Assembly: GCA_019429275.1 (NCBI GenBank)
Contig: JAHYJC010000019.1
Span: 6,081-70,080 of the forward strand
Origin: Lentimicrobium sp.
GTDB taxonomy: Bacteria; Bacteroidota; Bacteroidia; Bacteroidales; Lentimicrobiaceae
DNA: 64,000 bases
Reading direction: 5' to 3'
Shown here: one piece after another, positions 41,301 through 49,113 of the stretch
How the letters are laid out: each line of letters starts with the position of its first letter
Numbering within the stretch: position 1 is the stretch's first letter
Notes under the pieces: model-generated
The model's database searches: none
The model's input: the letters and a program-made list of their open reading frames with translations, nothing else
What the model was told of the DNA's origin: nothing
Program-made: the position numbers and the translations under genes

Positions 41301-44300
41301 TGTTGTTGCAATCATCAGTTGCTGTCCAGGTTACTGTTGCTATCCCGGTTGTTCCACAAAGGTCACTCAGGCCGGTGAAGTTATTGGTAATGGTTACCTC
41401 GCTGCAGGCATCAATTGCTGAAACATTTTCAAGCCATGTGTTCAGGTCTGCTGCATTGCCATTTCCGTCACAGGAAACAATAATGTCCTGAGGTATAATA
41501 TTGAATACAGGTGCTGTATAATCAAAGATAGCAAAAGTTGCTGTAACCATCTCAAAATTACCGCACTCATCAACTGCGGTCCAGGTAACTGTTGCAAGTC
41601 CCGTTGATCCACAGAGGTCGTTCAACCCCTGGAAATTATTGGTCACGCTAACTACTCCGCAGTTATCTTCTGCAACAGCAGAATTTAACCAGGCTGTAAG
41701 TTCTTCACCATTTCCATTTCCGTCGCACTCAACAACTGTAAATTCAGGGACAACAGTGAAAACAGGGGGAGTCAAATCGTGAATTGTGATGATCTGGCTT
41801 ACGGAGGCTGTGTTACCACAAGCATCGGTGTAGGTCCAGGTGCGGGTAATGGTCTCAGGACAGGTGTTGCCGTCCGATACATCGGTTCCTAATACTTCAC
41901 CAGCTCCGTCACAATTGTCGGTCCAGCCTAAGTAAACATTTACCGGCATATCATCGATACATTGATAGGTTGCATCAGCTATTGCTTCAAAGACTGGTTC
42001 AGTTATGTCTACAGTCCAGGTATAGGTGATCTCTACCGGTGTGGCGATGTTGCCGCACTCGTCGGTATAGGTGGCTATCCAGGTCTGGGTGTAAGCACAT
42101 CCATCATTGGTCGGGCCTTCGGTAGCAACATTGGGTGCGAATGCACCTTCGCAATTGTCAAGTCCGGTGAATTCAGGAGCAGTGATTGCTGTTGGGTTGC
42201 AGCCAAGGTCGCCGCTTTCAGCTACCGTGCTGATGACAGGAAGTTCTGTATCTATGGTCCAGGTGTAGGTAATCTCTACCGGAAGGGCTATGTTGCCGCA
42301 ATCATCGGTATAGGTGGCTGTCCAGGTCTGTGTGTAGGCACATCCGTCATTGGTCGGGCCAGCGGTAGCAACATCAGGGGTGAATGCGCCTTCGCAATTG
42401 TCAAGGCCTGTGAATTCAGGAGCAGTGATTGCTGTTGGGTTGCAGCCAAGGTCGCCGCTTTCAGCTACCGTGCTGATGACAGGAAGTTCTGTATCTATGG
42501 TCCAGGTATAGGTAATCTCTACCGGAAGGGCTATGTTGCCGCAATCATCGGTATAGGTGGCTGTCCAGGTCAGTGTGTAGGTACATCCGTCATTGGTCGG
42601 GCCTTCGGTAGCAACATCAGGGGTGAATGCGCCTTCGCAATTGTCAAGGCCTGTGAATTCAGGAGCAGTGATTGCTGTTGGGTTGCAACCAAGGTCGCCG
42701 CTTTCAGCTACCGTGCTGATGACAGGAAGTTCTGTGTCTATCGTCCAGGTGTAAGTAATGCTCACTGGTTCTGCAACATTTCCCTGCGCATCAGTAAATG
42801 ATGCCGTCCAGGTTTGTGTATAAATACAACCCGTGTTAGAAGGTCCATCAGTAGATACAACAGGAGTAAAAGGCCCTGAGCATCCATCAAAACCGGTAAA
42901 CTCAGGAGCTGTTATCGAAGTCGGGTTACAACCAAAATCAGTATCTTCAGCCAGGGTTGATATCACAGGAAGTTCATCATCATCTATCCATGTATAGGTA
43001 ATCGATACCTCATCGGCTATATTGCCACAGGCATCGGTATAACTGGCTGTCCAGGTTTGTGTAAAGTCACAATTCTCGGATGTTGGCCCGTCTGTAGATA
43101 CCAAAGGTTCAAATGTTCCATCGCAATTATCTGATCCGGTAAATACGGGTGCTTCAACAATGGGATTGTAACCAAGATCTCCACTTTGAGCTGTTGTTGA
43201 AATTAATGGTTTTTCAGTGTCAATGGTCCAGGTCCAGGTAATGTTCATCTGTTCAGCTGCAAAACCACAGGCATCAGTATAATTTGCATACCAGGTTTGT
43301 ATGTAGTTGCAACCTGTGCTTGAAGCTCCGCTGGTCGTTACTACAGGAATAATAATGCCTTCGTAATCATCGGTACCTGTGAAAACAGGAGGTATAATTT
43401 CACCCGGATTGCATCCAAGGTCTCTGTTGATTTCTTCAGTTGTAATGACAGGGGCTTCATTATCAAGCCAGTTTATAGTTAACGTTGCTTCGGCTTGGCA
43501 TGAAATTGCATCATAAACCCTTACCAAAATGTTACCGGCTCCGGCGCCTGAAAAAGAATAAACATTGCCTGTCTGAGTAAAAACAGCATTTGTATTGTTT
43601 GAAATTATTTCAAAACTATAAGGAGGCTGTCCTCCTGTTGCTGCAAAGTAACCTTCAGCAGTGTTTCCATTTTCACATTGCAAATCAAAAGTTTGCTCTG
43701 CGCTCAGTTGAATCAGGTTAGGTACTGTAACATTTTGTGAGTAAGTTAAAGTTGCACCGGTTCCATCAATAACGGTAAGTGATACTACGTAAACTCCGGG
43801 GTTAGCATAACTATGAATCGGATTGGCTGCGGTTGATGTTGCTCCATCACCAAAAGCCCAAAAGTAGGTGTAATTGCCATCTCCACCATCAACTACTGAA
43901 TTGAAACTGACTGGTGTACCTGAACCCAGGTTGCAGCCCAGGTTATACTGAAATCCAACCGAAAGGGGAATATTGACTATTACAACCTGTTCAACACAAA
44001 GACACTTAGGGGTATTCCATCCACAGGCTCCTGATATGTTTTGCTTCCATGACATGGAAAAATTAAGGATTTCAACCTCCTGTCCGCAAACCCAGTTTAT
44101 GTCTCCCAGATTAATGAATGTTCTTGGTATGGGTGCATTTTCATAAAGGCAACTTGTTACATGTGTTGTCGTGGATACATTGGTAAATGGTTCCGTAATC
44201 TTAAGATTATACTCCACATACAACGAATAACGGGTTGCATTTGAAACAACCTGAACCCATAAATAGGAAGTAACAGGCTCTCCTGAAACGCATGGCTGTA

Positions 44301-44454
44301 ATAGATTGCTATTTATATCACCTATAAAGAATTGCGATATAATAAAATCATTCGAGGTACATTTACTACAGTCCGTTTGAGCAGAACTTTCACCGGCTGT
44401 GCCTAAGATAAAAGTTGCCATTAATCCGAAAAGAATCCTGGAAAAGGTTTTCAT
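38383..44454 (-). CDS. 2023-aa surface adhesin with PKD, Ig/HYR-like repeat blocks and a T9SS type B (gliding-associated) CTD
   Basis: Signal peptide; PKD (YFWAFGDG..HSYANPGVY); 6x~81-aa, 4x~85-aa and 6x~84-aa HYR repeats; two PVAVDD/LVAIND Ig-like units; C-terminal NGITPNGDGRNDTW...GTYYY. Confidence 0.93.
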   Translation of the reverse strand: MKTFSRILFGLMATFILGTAGESSAQTDCSKCTSNDFIISQFFIGDINSNLLQPCVSGEPVTSYLWVQVVSNATRYSLYVEYNLKITEPFTNVSTTTHVTSCLYENAPIPRTFINLGDINWVCGQEVEILNFSMSWKQNISGACGWNTPKCLCVEQVVIVNIPLSVGFQYNLGCNLGSGTPVSFNSVVDGGDGNYTYFWAFGDGATSTAANPIHSYANPGVYVVSLTVIDGTGATLTYSQNVTVPNLIQLSAEQTFDLQCENGNTAEGYFAATGGQPPYSFEIISNNTNAVFTQTGNVYSFSGAGAGNILVRVYDAISCQAEATLTINWLDNEAPVITTEEINRDLGCNPGEIIPPVFTGTDDYEGIIIPVVTTSGASSTGCNYIQTWYANYTDACGFAAEQMNITWTWTIDTEKPLISTTAQSGDLGYNPIVEAPVFTGSDNCDGTFEPLVSTDGPTSENCDFTQTWTASYTDACGNIADEVSITYTWIDDDELPVISTLAEDTDFGCNPTSITAPEFTGFDGCSGPFTPVVSTDGPSNTGCIYTQTWTASFTDAQGNVAEPVSITYTWTIDTELPVISTVAESGDLGCNPTAITAPEFTGLDNCEGAFTPDVATEGPTNDGCTYTLTWTATYTDDCGNIALPVEITYTWTIDTELPVISTVAESGDLGCNPTAITAPEFTGLDNCEGAFTPDVATAGPTNDGCAYTQTWTATYTDDCGNIALPVEITYTWTIDTELPVISTVAESGDLGCNPTAITAPEFTGLDNCEGAFAPNVATEGPTNDGCAYTQTWIATYTDECGNIATPVEITYTWTVDITEPVFEAIADATYQCIDDMPVNVYLGWTDNCDGAGEVLGTDVSDGNTCPETITRTWTYTDACGNTASVSQIITIHDLTPPVFTVVPEFTVVECDGNGNGEELTAWLNSAVAEDNCGVVSVTNNFQGLNDLCGSTGLATVTWTAVDECGNFEMVTATFAIFDYTAPVFNIIPQDIIVSCDGNGNAADLNTWLENVSAIDACSEVTITNNFTGLSDLCGTTGIATVTWTATDDCNNSVTTSATFTIIDEIAPYFTLVPEDLTVNCDENSGEALENWLANVAASDLCGEVVITNDFVSLSDLCGETGAATVTWTATDDCGNIATTSATFTIIDETAPVFTIAPSNITVECDGNGNVQDLENWLTNVAATDNCGEVTVTNNFSGLSNLCGATGAATVTFTATDECGNTATASAVFTIVDTQAPSLTCPPNITVDTQPGLCGSYVQVPIPNTDDDCSGVSIVNSYTGTPIASGYYPIGTTIVIWTSTDACGNSSTCEMTVTVVDNEDPQITCPEDITVNNDQGVCEAYVTVPEPEVSDNCEISSVTNSYTQTVNASAIYPVGTTVVVWTVVDEYGNSATCTMNVTVVDNEAPTIICPEDIAVNTDTGVCGADVTVPQPVVSDNCGIESLVNSFNGTDNASGFYPAGTTIVTWIVTDIHGNTAECSMNVVVADNEAPVIICPEDVAVNTDPGVCEANVTVSQPEVSDNCGIESIVNDYNGTSDASGIYPVGTTTVSWIVTDIHGLTAECSMVITVTDNEAPVIECPENISVNTDQGVCEAYVEIPQPVVSDNCGIESIVNSFNGSVDASGIYPTGTTTITWTVTDIHGLIATCEMTVTVADNEMPVIECPEDMTMTAGTDCNAVVEIPVPVVSDNCGIENLVNSYNNTGNASGSYPVGIHTITWTVTDIHGNTATCEMQLTVVAGPVAVDDYATTPINVPVNIAVLLNDSDCDNNIDPSTVTVTSNPANGFTMVDSQTGEVLYTPNSGYFGTDTFIYRVCDFSGLCDEAVVTITIVNDNPIYLVAINDMDTTLVNTPRLIINMANDIIPAGVTAAIEILTPTVNGSVTLNSDMTVTYTPAADFIGEDQFTYILYDVNGIAVSDTAISVIVIVPDEGRPDVVIYNGITPNGDGRNDTWIIDGIEEYPDNEILLFNRWSDQIREFTGYNNSSVVWDGTNQFGKKLPDGTYYYIVKLRSINQIYTGWVIIHGSNN
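39247..40755 (-). repeat. six HYR-type repeats of about 84 aa
   Basis: Recurring EAPxIxCPE..SDNCGI..YPVGTT..VTDIHGN..C. Confidence 0.85.
40756..41772 (-). repeat. four repeats of about 85 aa
   Basis: Recurring APVF..P.d.tV.CDGNGN..L..WL.nV.A.D.C..V.vTNNF.GL.dLCG.TG.ATVTWTA.D.CGN. Confidence 0.85.
42007..42735 (-). repeat. three near-identical 243-bp tandem repeats, part of a six-copy block spanning 42004-43458
   Basis: AAGTTCTGT recurs at 42241, 42484 and 42727 (period 243); only a handful of substitutions between copies. Confidence 0.95.
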
Positions 44455-44668
44455 AATATAATGATTTTTGTATTTTTATTTGTTTTCCCATTTTTACTGC
44501 CCGGGAGGCAGGTTTTCAGCTTTTTGGTAACCTCGTCTACACTTTTCCGCCCCCCCCGAGGTGTTTTGGTGCAATCGAATTATTCTGTATTTCAATAACT
44601 TACATCAATATTTCTGATTCTATTCCTGAAATATTGTTTTGCAGCTTGTTACTTTAAAACTGATGATA

Positions 44669-44699
44669 CAAAAGTATTTCAGGAATTGTCGGTGCGCAA
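44669..44699 (-). promoter_or_regulatory. promoter of the adhesin operon (TTG-N20-TACTTTTG)
   Basis: TTG at 44699-44697 and -7 box at 44676-44669, giving a leader of about 210 nt. Confidence 0.55.
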
Positions 44700-44838
44700 T
44701 ACGTTTTTAGACTACTTTTTAAGCTATAAGGCATCAGGGATTTATAAGTATAAATACGTATTGCATGGATTATAAAGATTCTTTTTCAGCAACTTATATG
44801 GGCCATTTTTTAGTTATGGCGCATAGTTTGCCTGTTGT

Positions 44839-44877
44839 AAAATAAGAAAAGCCGCTCATCGCAGCTTTTCTTATTTT
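44839..44877 (-). terminator. rho-independent terminator of the pseudouridine synthase gene
   Basis: AAAATAAGAAAAGC / GCTTTTCTTATTTT, a 14-bp inverted repeat 35 bp past the stop. Confidence 0.7.
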
Positions 44878-44912
44878 ACTATGATCATTTCTTTATTGAT
44901 TCCATGAAATTT

Positions 44913-46433
44913 TTATATCATCAATAACATATTTATTTCTGATTGTTCAAGCATTCGCCAACGTCCTCTGGGAAGATCCTTTTTGGTCAAATTGGCAAAT
45001 GCTACCCTATCAAGTTTGACCACTTCATATTCAAGCACCTCAAATAAACGACGGACTATTCTGTTTCTTCCGGAATGAATCACCAGTCCTATGTTTTTCT
45101 TGTCATCTCCACTTCCGGTATAGGCAATTTCATCAACGGCCATTATACCGTCTTCCAGCTCTATACCTTCAGTTAAACGGATCATATCTGACTTTGCAAG
45201 TCCCTTATTCAACTCAACATGATATACTTTTCGCACTTTATGCCCCGGATGAGTCAGTTTCTTTGCGGTTTCCCCGTCATTTGTAAAAAGCAGCAAACCC
45301 GAAGTATTTCTGTCGAGACGGCCAACCGGATAAATTCTTTCTTTACATGCATCCTTAACCAGCATCATTACCGTGTTGCGATCCTGAGGATCATCCACGG
45401 TTGTTATGTAGCCTTTGGGTTTATTCAGCAACAGATATACCTTCTTTTCAATACTGAGTGTTTCGCCTCCGAACTGAACTTTATCATCTCTGGTTATTTT
45501 TGTTCCAAGCTCAGTTACTATTTTACCATTCACCGAAACAGCCCCTGATTCAATAAGCACATCGGCTTCTCTTCGGGAGCAAACGCCTGAATTGGCTATA
45601 AACTTATTCAGCCTGATTGAGCCGTCTTTGTCGTAACCATAGTTTCCTTTAATTTTCCCTGGCTTATAAGATTTATCATCACGGTATTTTCCGGGTTCTC
45701 CTTTTTCCTGAAACTTTCGTTTTGGCCTGAATTCACCATCATCTCTGTGCCTTGAGGGTTCTCTTTCAACGGCATCTGATTTTCTGACCCTTCTTTCGCG
45801 TGGGGCATCCGATACGTCTTCGGGTTTGCGTGGTCGTGTCGGTTTGGTTTCATCAGGCCTGCTGTGGACTCTGGGCTTATAAGTCTCATCCTGTGATTCA
45901 CGGGGTTTCCTGCTTTTGAATGGACGATCTCCTGCCGACTTATCAGCGTATCGTTTTTCGTGAGGCGTACCCGATTTGTCATCACGTTTCCATGGGCGGG
46001 AAGTTTTTTCGTCGCGGGCTCCTTTATATCTGTCGGCTTTATCAGCATCATGACCTTTTTCCCCAAAGGGTTTACGGGTTTTGAAAGGGCGGTCTCCAGA
46101 TGGTTTGTCAGAATAGCGCCTTTCGCGTGGTACGTCCGACTCTTCACCTTTTTTCCATGGTTGTGTAGGTTTGCCGTCACGGCTTCCTTTATATGTATGG
46201 TGTTTATCCGATCCTTCACTTTTGCCCTCATAAGGCTTCCGGCTTTTGTAAGGCCGATCGCCTGATGTTGAAGATCCATCAGAATTATCCCTGGATTTAT
46301 ACCCATGGGATGGCCCGGAAGGCGTTTTTCCAAATGTTTTGCCTTTACCGGCACGCCCATTCGTGGGGGTACCATCCGGCCTGCTGCTTTTGCCCCTTTT
46401 ATCATCACCGGGGGCGCGTTTCATCGCACTCAT
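44913..46433 (-). CDS. rluB: RluB/RsuA-family pseudouridine synthase with a long charged N-terminal extension
   Basis: IRLNKFIANSGVCSRREAD (S4), LLNKPKG, PVGRLDRNTSGLLLFTNDG, GRNRIVRR; about 270 aa of K/R/D/E/P-rich N-terminus. Confidence 0.88.
   Translation of the reverse strand: MSAMKRAPGDDKRGKSSRPDGTPTNGRAGKGKTFGKTPSGPSHGYKSRDNSDGSSTSGDRPYKSRKPYEGKSEGSDKHHTYKGSRDGKPTQPWKKGEESDVPRERRYSDKPSGDRPFKTRKPFGEKGHDADKADRYKGARDEKTSRPWKRDDKSGTPHEKRYADKSAGDRPFKSRKPRESQDETYKPRVHSRPDETKPTRPRKPEDVSDAPRERRVRKSDAVEREPSRHRDDGEFRPKRKFQEKGEPGKYRDDKSYKPGKIKGNYGYDKDGSIRLNKFIANSGVCSRREADVLIESGAVSVNGKIVTELGTKITRDDKVQFGGETLSIEKKVYLLLNKPKGYITTVDDPQDRNTVMMLVKDACKERIYPVGRLDRNTSGLLLFTNDGETAKKLTHPGHKVRKVYHVELNKGLAKSDMIRLTEGIELEDGIMAVDEIAYTGSGDDKKNIGLVIHSGRNRIVRRLFEVLEYEVVKLDRVAFANLTKKDLPRGRWRMLEQSEINMLLMI
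45771..46265 (-). repeat. three degenerate 55-aa (165-bp) repeats in the RluB N-terminal extension
   Basis: SGDRPYKSRKP / SGDRPFKTRKP / AGDRPFKSRKP at 55-residue spacing. Confidence 0.8.
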
Positions 46434-46452
46434 TGAATTTATTTTTAGCCTG

Positions 46453-46460
46453 CAAAGTTA
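46453..46460 (-). promoter_or_regulatory. -7 promoter element (TAACTTTG) of rluB
   Basis: TAnnTTTG match 19 bp upstream of the ATG at 46433. Confidence 0.55.
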
Positions 46461-46673
46461 GTCAAGAATAGAATACCCTGAAAATTAATTTATATTTTTG
46501 ATTTTCAGGGGTTTTAATTGACAAAATCTCATCATTTTTTTACATCTTTCAAACCCTGCTTATCATTTTTTCTGACCGGAAACTTCCGGATATTAAAAAA
46601 TTTTTTGTATATTCGTAACATTCCCTCCAAAACGGGAAAAAATTCAGTTTGGTGCAATCAAAATTACAGGATC

Positions 46674-47804
46674 ATGGAAAATCAGGATGAAAAAATTATC
46701 GTTATTGCACGATATTCAAATTCAAGGGCATTGCTTCTGCAATCAAGGCTAAGAGCAGAAGGTATAGAATGTTTTCTTAATCACGAAAACCTGCTTCAGG
46801 GAGCCGTTTCATCAGGTGTTGAACTTAAGGTGAAAAGGTCTGATGTAGAAAAAGCCCTCAGATTGATCGAATATTTTAAATCGGAACATGGTTCACAAAA
46901 AGAAACTGCAATCAAAGCTCTGAAGAGCGTAAGAAAAATACTTGTCCCGGTTGATTTTTCAGATGCTTCGCTCAAATCGTGCAGTTACGCCCTTGGACTT
47001 GCTGCCAAACTTAAGGCAGAGATAAAATTACTGCATGTGTATTACAATCCGCTAATTGATATGGCGCCTTTCGATACCAGCCATACCTATCAGATAAATC
47101 TTGTAAATTATCTGCACGAAGCTGAACAACATGCAAAGCATCAACTAATAAACCTTGCAAAAGATCTCAAAAATCAGGTTAAGAAAAGCAAAGCAACCAC
47201 AAAAATTACTTACTCTTTATCGAACGGACTTGCTGCCGAAGAGATTATAGCAGCCAGCAAAAAATTTAAACCCGGCCTTATCATTATGGGAAGCCAGGGA
47301 ATTGGCCACAAAACCGGCAGCCTGTTGGGTAGCGTAACCACTAAAATTATAGGAAAAATCAGTGCACCACTGCTTGCCATCCCCGAAACCAGCAAATTCA
47401 AGGGTTTTGACAGTCTGAAAAATATATTATATGCCACCGATTTTGACCATAACGACCACTTGTCAATAAGCAAACTGATTAATATTTTACATCCTTTTAA
47501 CGTAAAATTGTTTTGCACACATATCAGCATAGGCACAAAGAAACCATGGCAAAAAGTAAAAATGGACAGTTTGAAAGAGCTGATTTCCGGTGAATTTAAG
47601 GATGTACCAATACATTATGATATTGTTGTCAGCGACGATGTCATCAATGGTCTGGAGATGTTTATTCGCAATCATTCTATTGATGTGATTGCCCTAACCA
47701 ATCACAACCGGAGCATTCTGTCACGCTTTTTTACTCCGAGCATAACAAAAATTCTTCTCAACAGGGTAAACAAACCTCTACTGGTTTTTAGATCAACTGA
47801 CTGA
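46674..47804 (+). CDS. universal stress protein (two USP domains) with an N-terminal DUF2007-like domain
   Basis: Start moved to MENQDEK; LLQSRLRAEGIECFL..GVELKV...DVEKA (DUF2007-like); ILVPVDFS, IIMGSQG, ILYATDF. Confidence 0.85.
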   Translation: MENQDEKIIVIARYSNSRALLLQSRLRAEGIECFLNHENLLQGAVSSGVELKVKRSDVEKALRLIEYFKSEHGSQKETAIKALKSVRKILVPVDFSDASLKSCSYALGLAAKLKAEIKLLHVYYNPLIDMAPFDTSHTYQINLVNYLHEAEQHAKHQLINLAKDLKNQVKKSKATTKITYSLSNGLAAEEIIAASKKFKPGLIIMGSQGIGHKTGSLLGSVTTKIIGKISAPLLAIPETSKFKGFDSLKNILYATDFDHNDHLSISKLINILHPFNVKLFCTHISIGTKKPWQKVKMDSLKELISGEFKDVPIHYDIVVSDDVINGLEMFIRNHSIDVIALTNHNRSILSRFFTPSITKILLNRVNKPLLVFRSTD

Positions 47805-47834
47805 TAAACACAAAAAAAATCTGCAAAGATCAAA

Positions 47835-48197
47835 TCATAAAACCGGATAAAAAGCATCTTCTATGTGATTGATTTTTTTTGTGGTGTTGTTTAGAATAAC
47901 AGAAATAATGTCGAAACGGGTCTCCTTTTCGACATTGTTTTTTTCGAGATATGCCTGTGCAGCCCTTACCAGAAAACGCTGTTTTGCCTGATTGACAAAT
48001 ACCTCCGGCTCGCCATACCCCGATGAAGCCCTTGTTTTCACTTCAACAATAACAAGGAAGTCGCCTTTTTCTGCAATAATGTCAATTTCATCTTTCCCAA
48101 ACCGCCAGTTGGTGGACAGTATTATATATCCGTTGTCGTGAAGGTGTTTAACGGCAATATCTTCACCGATGGTGCCCAGATCGTTGTGCTCTGCCAT
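47835..48197 (-). CDS. yraN: YraN family (UPF0102) nuclease-like protein
   Basis: LGTIGED, NWRFGKDEIDIIA, VEVKTR, RFDII, HIEDAF. Confidence 0.95.
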   Translation of the reverse strand: MAEHNDLGTIGEDIAVKHLHDNGYIILSTNWRFGKDEIDIIAEKGDFLVIVEVKTRASSGYGEPEVFVNQAKQRFLVRAAQAYLEKNNVEKETRFDIISVILNNTTKKINHIEDAFYPVL

Positions 48198-48234
48198 AGT
48201 AGAATTATGCTTAATAGGTTTATAAAATAAGCTT

Positions 48235-48242
48235 CAAAGTTA
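48235..48242 (-). promoter_or_regulatory. -7 promoter element (TAACTTTG) of yraN
   Basis: TAnnTTTG match 37 bp upstream of the ATG, 27 bp outside the IS end. Confidence 0.5.
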
Positions 48243-48269
48243 AACTTTGCGGTTTCAATAGCCCGTTTT

Positions 48270-48320
48270 TGATTATTTCGGCCAAACGGCGCCACCATTT
48301 CAGTGCAAACGGCGCCACCT
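48270..48320. repeat. IS21 terminal inverted repeat (istB side) with two internal binding repeats
   Basis: CAAACGGCGCCACC at 48283 and 48306 (period 23). Confidence 0.9.
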
Positions 48321-48354
48321 TTAAGAGAGTGAATTTGTAACGCAATGATAAGCA

Positions 48355-49113
48355 TTATTTTTCAGTTTTTTTTCTTCTTAATGAGTCTCCTTTTAGGTCA
48401 AACCGGTGTGCATTACCTGCCAATCTGTCCATTATTGCATCGGCAATTGTCGATTCTCCGATATACTGATGCCAGTTACTAACCGGTAATTGTGATGAAA
48501 TCAATGTTGACTTCTTACCATAGCGATCTTCCAAGATTTGAAGCAAGGCGAGCCTTGTAATTTTATCCATTGGATGTAATCCGAAGTCGTCAAGAATAAG
48601 GAGGTGGGTTTTTTCTAATTGATTGAGCATCTTTATGTAAGTGCCATCAAGTTTTGAAAGTGATATTTTCTCCAGAAAGCGATTCATCCCCAGATAGAGT
48701 GTCTTATACCCCATTGAGCAAGCTTGTCGACCAATAGCACAGGCGAGATAGCTTTTACCGCAGCCGGTAGCACCTGTTATCAGTACGTTTTCACTTCTAT
48801 CAATAAATCCGCAATCGGCAATAGAAAGTAAACTTTCCGGAGTCAGATTCCGGGCGGTATTACAATAAACCTGTTCCAACACTGCATTGTAGCGAAGTTT
48901 GCTGTGTTTGAGGTATAGCTGTGTTTTAAGGTTCACCCGATGTTGTGCCTCTGCTTCCGAAAGCCTGGCAATAAAAGGATGGATAGAAGGTTGCTCCTGC
49001 ACCGGGAGTGAGATTACGGCCTGATAAGCATCGGCCATTCCGTGTAGTCTTAATTGACTGAGTTGATCCAATGTGATTTGATGGTTCATGTTGTTTGGTT
49101 TTAGAGTGATCAT
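48355..49113 (-). CDS. istB: IS21 helper ATPase IstB
   Basis: Walker A GATGCGKS, Walker B LLILDDFG, LEDRY, ADAIMDRL, LKGDSLR. Confidence 0.97.
   Translation of the reverse strand: MITLKPNNMNHQITLDQLSQLRLHGMADAYQAVISLPVQEQPSIHPFIARLSEAEAQHRVNLKTQLYLKHSKLRYNAVLEQVYCNTARNLTPESLLSIADCGFIDRSENVLITGATGCGKSYLACAIGRQACSMGYKTLYLGMNRFLEKISLSKLDGTYIKMLNQLEKTHLLILDDFGLHPMDKITRLALLQILEDRYGKKSTLISSQLPVSNWHQYIGESTIADAIMDRLAGNAHRFDLKGDSLRRKKTEK

Noticed and set aside
42007-42735. Possible CRISPR array or diversity-generating template repeat
   Set aside because: The units are 243-bp in-frame coding repeats without unique spacers; no cas or reverse transcriptase gene is in the window.
41962-42801. 279-aa repetitive plus-strand ORF
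   Set aside because: It is the antisense shadow of the GC-rich 243-bp adhesin repeats, with no independent start context or motif.
44455-44665. c-di-GMP (GEMM) or other riboswitch in the adhesin leader
   Set aside because: The hallmark consensus segments are not recognisable; kept only as a low-interest structured leader.
45608-46408. 266-aa alternative-frame ORF inside rluB
   Set aside because: An overlapping frame of a low-complexity region; the main frame is continuous into the S4 and catalytic domains, so no frameshift is needed.
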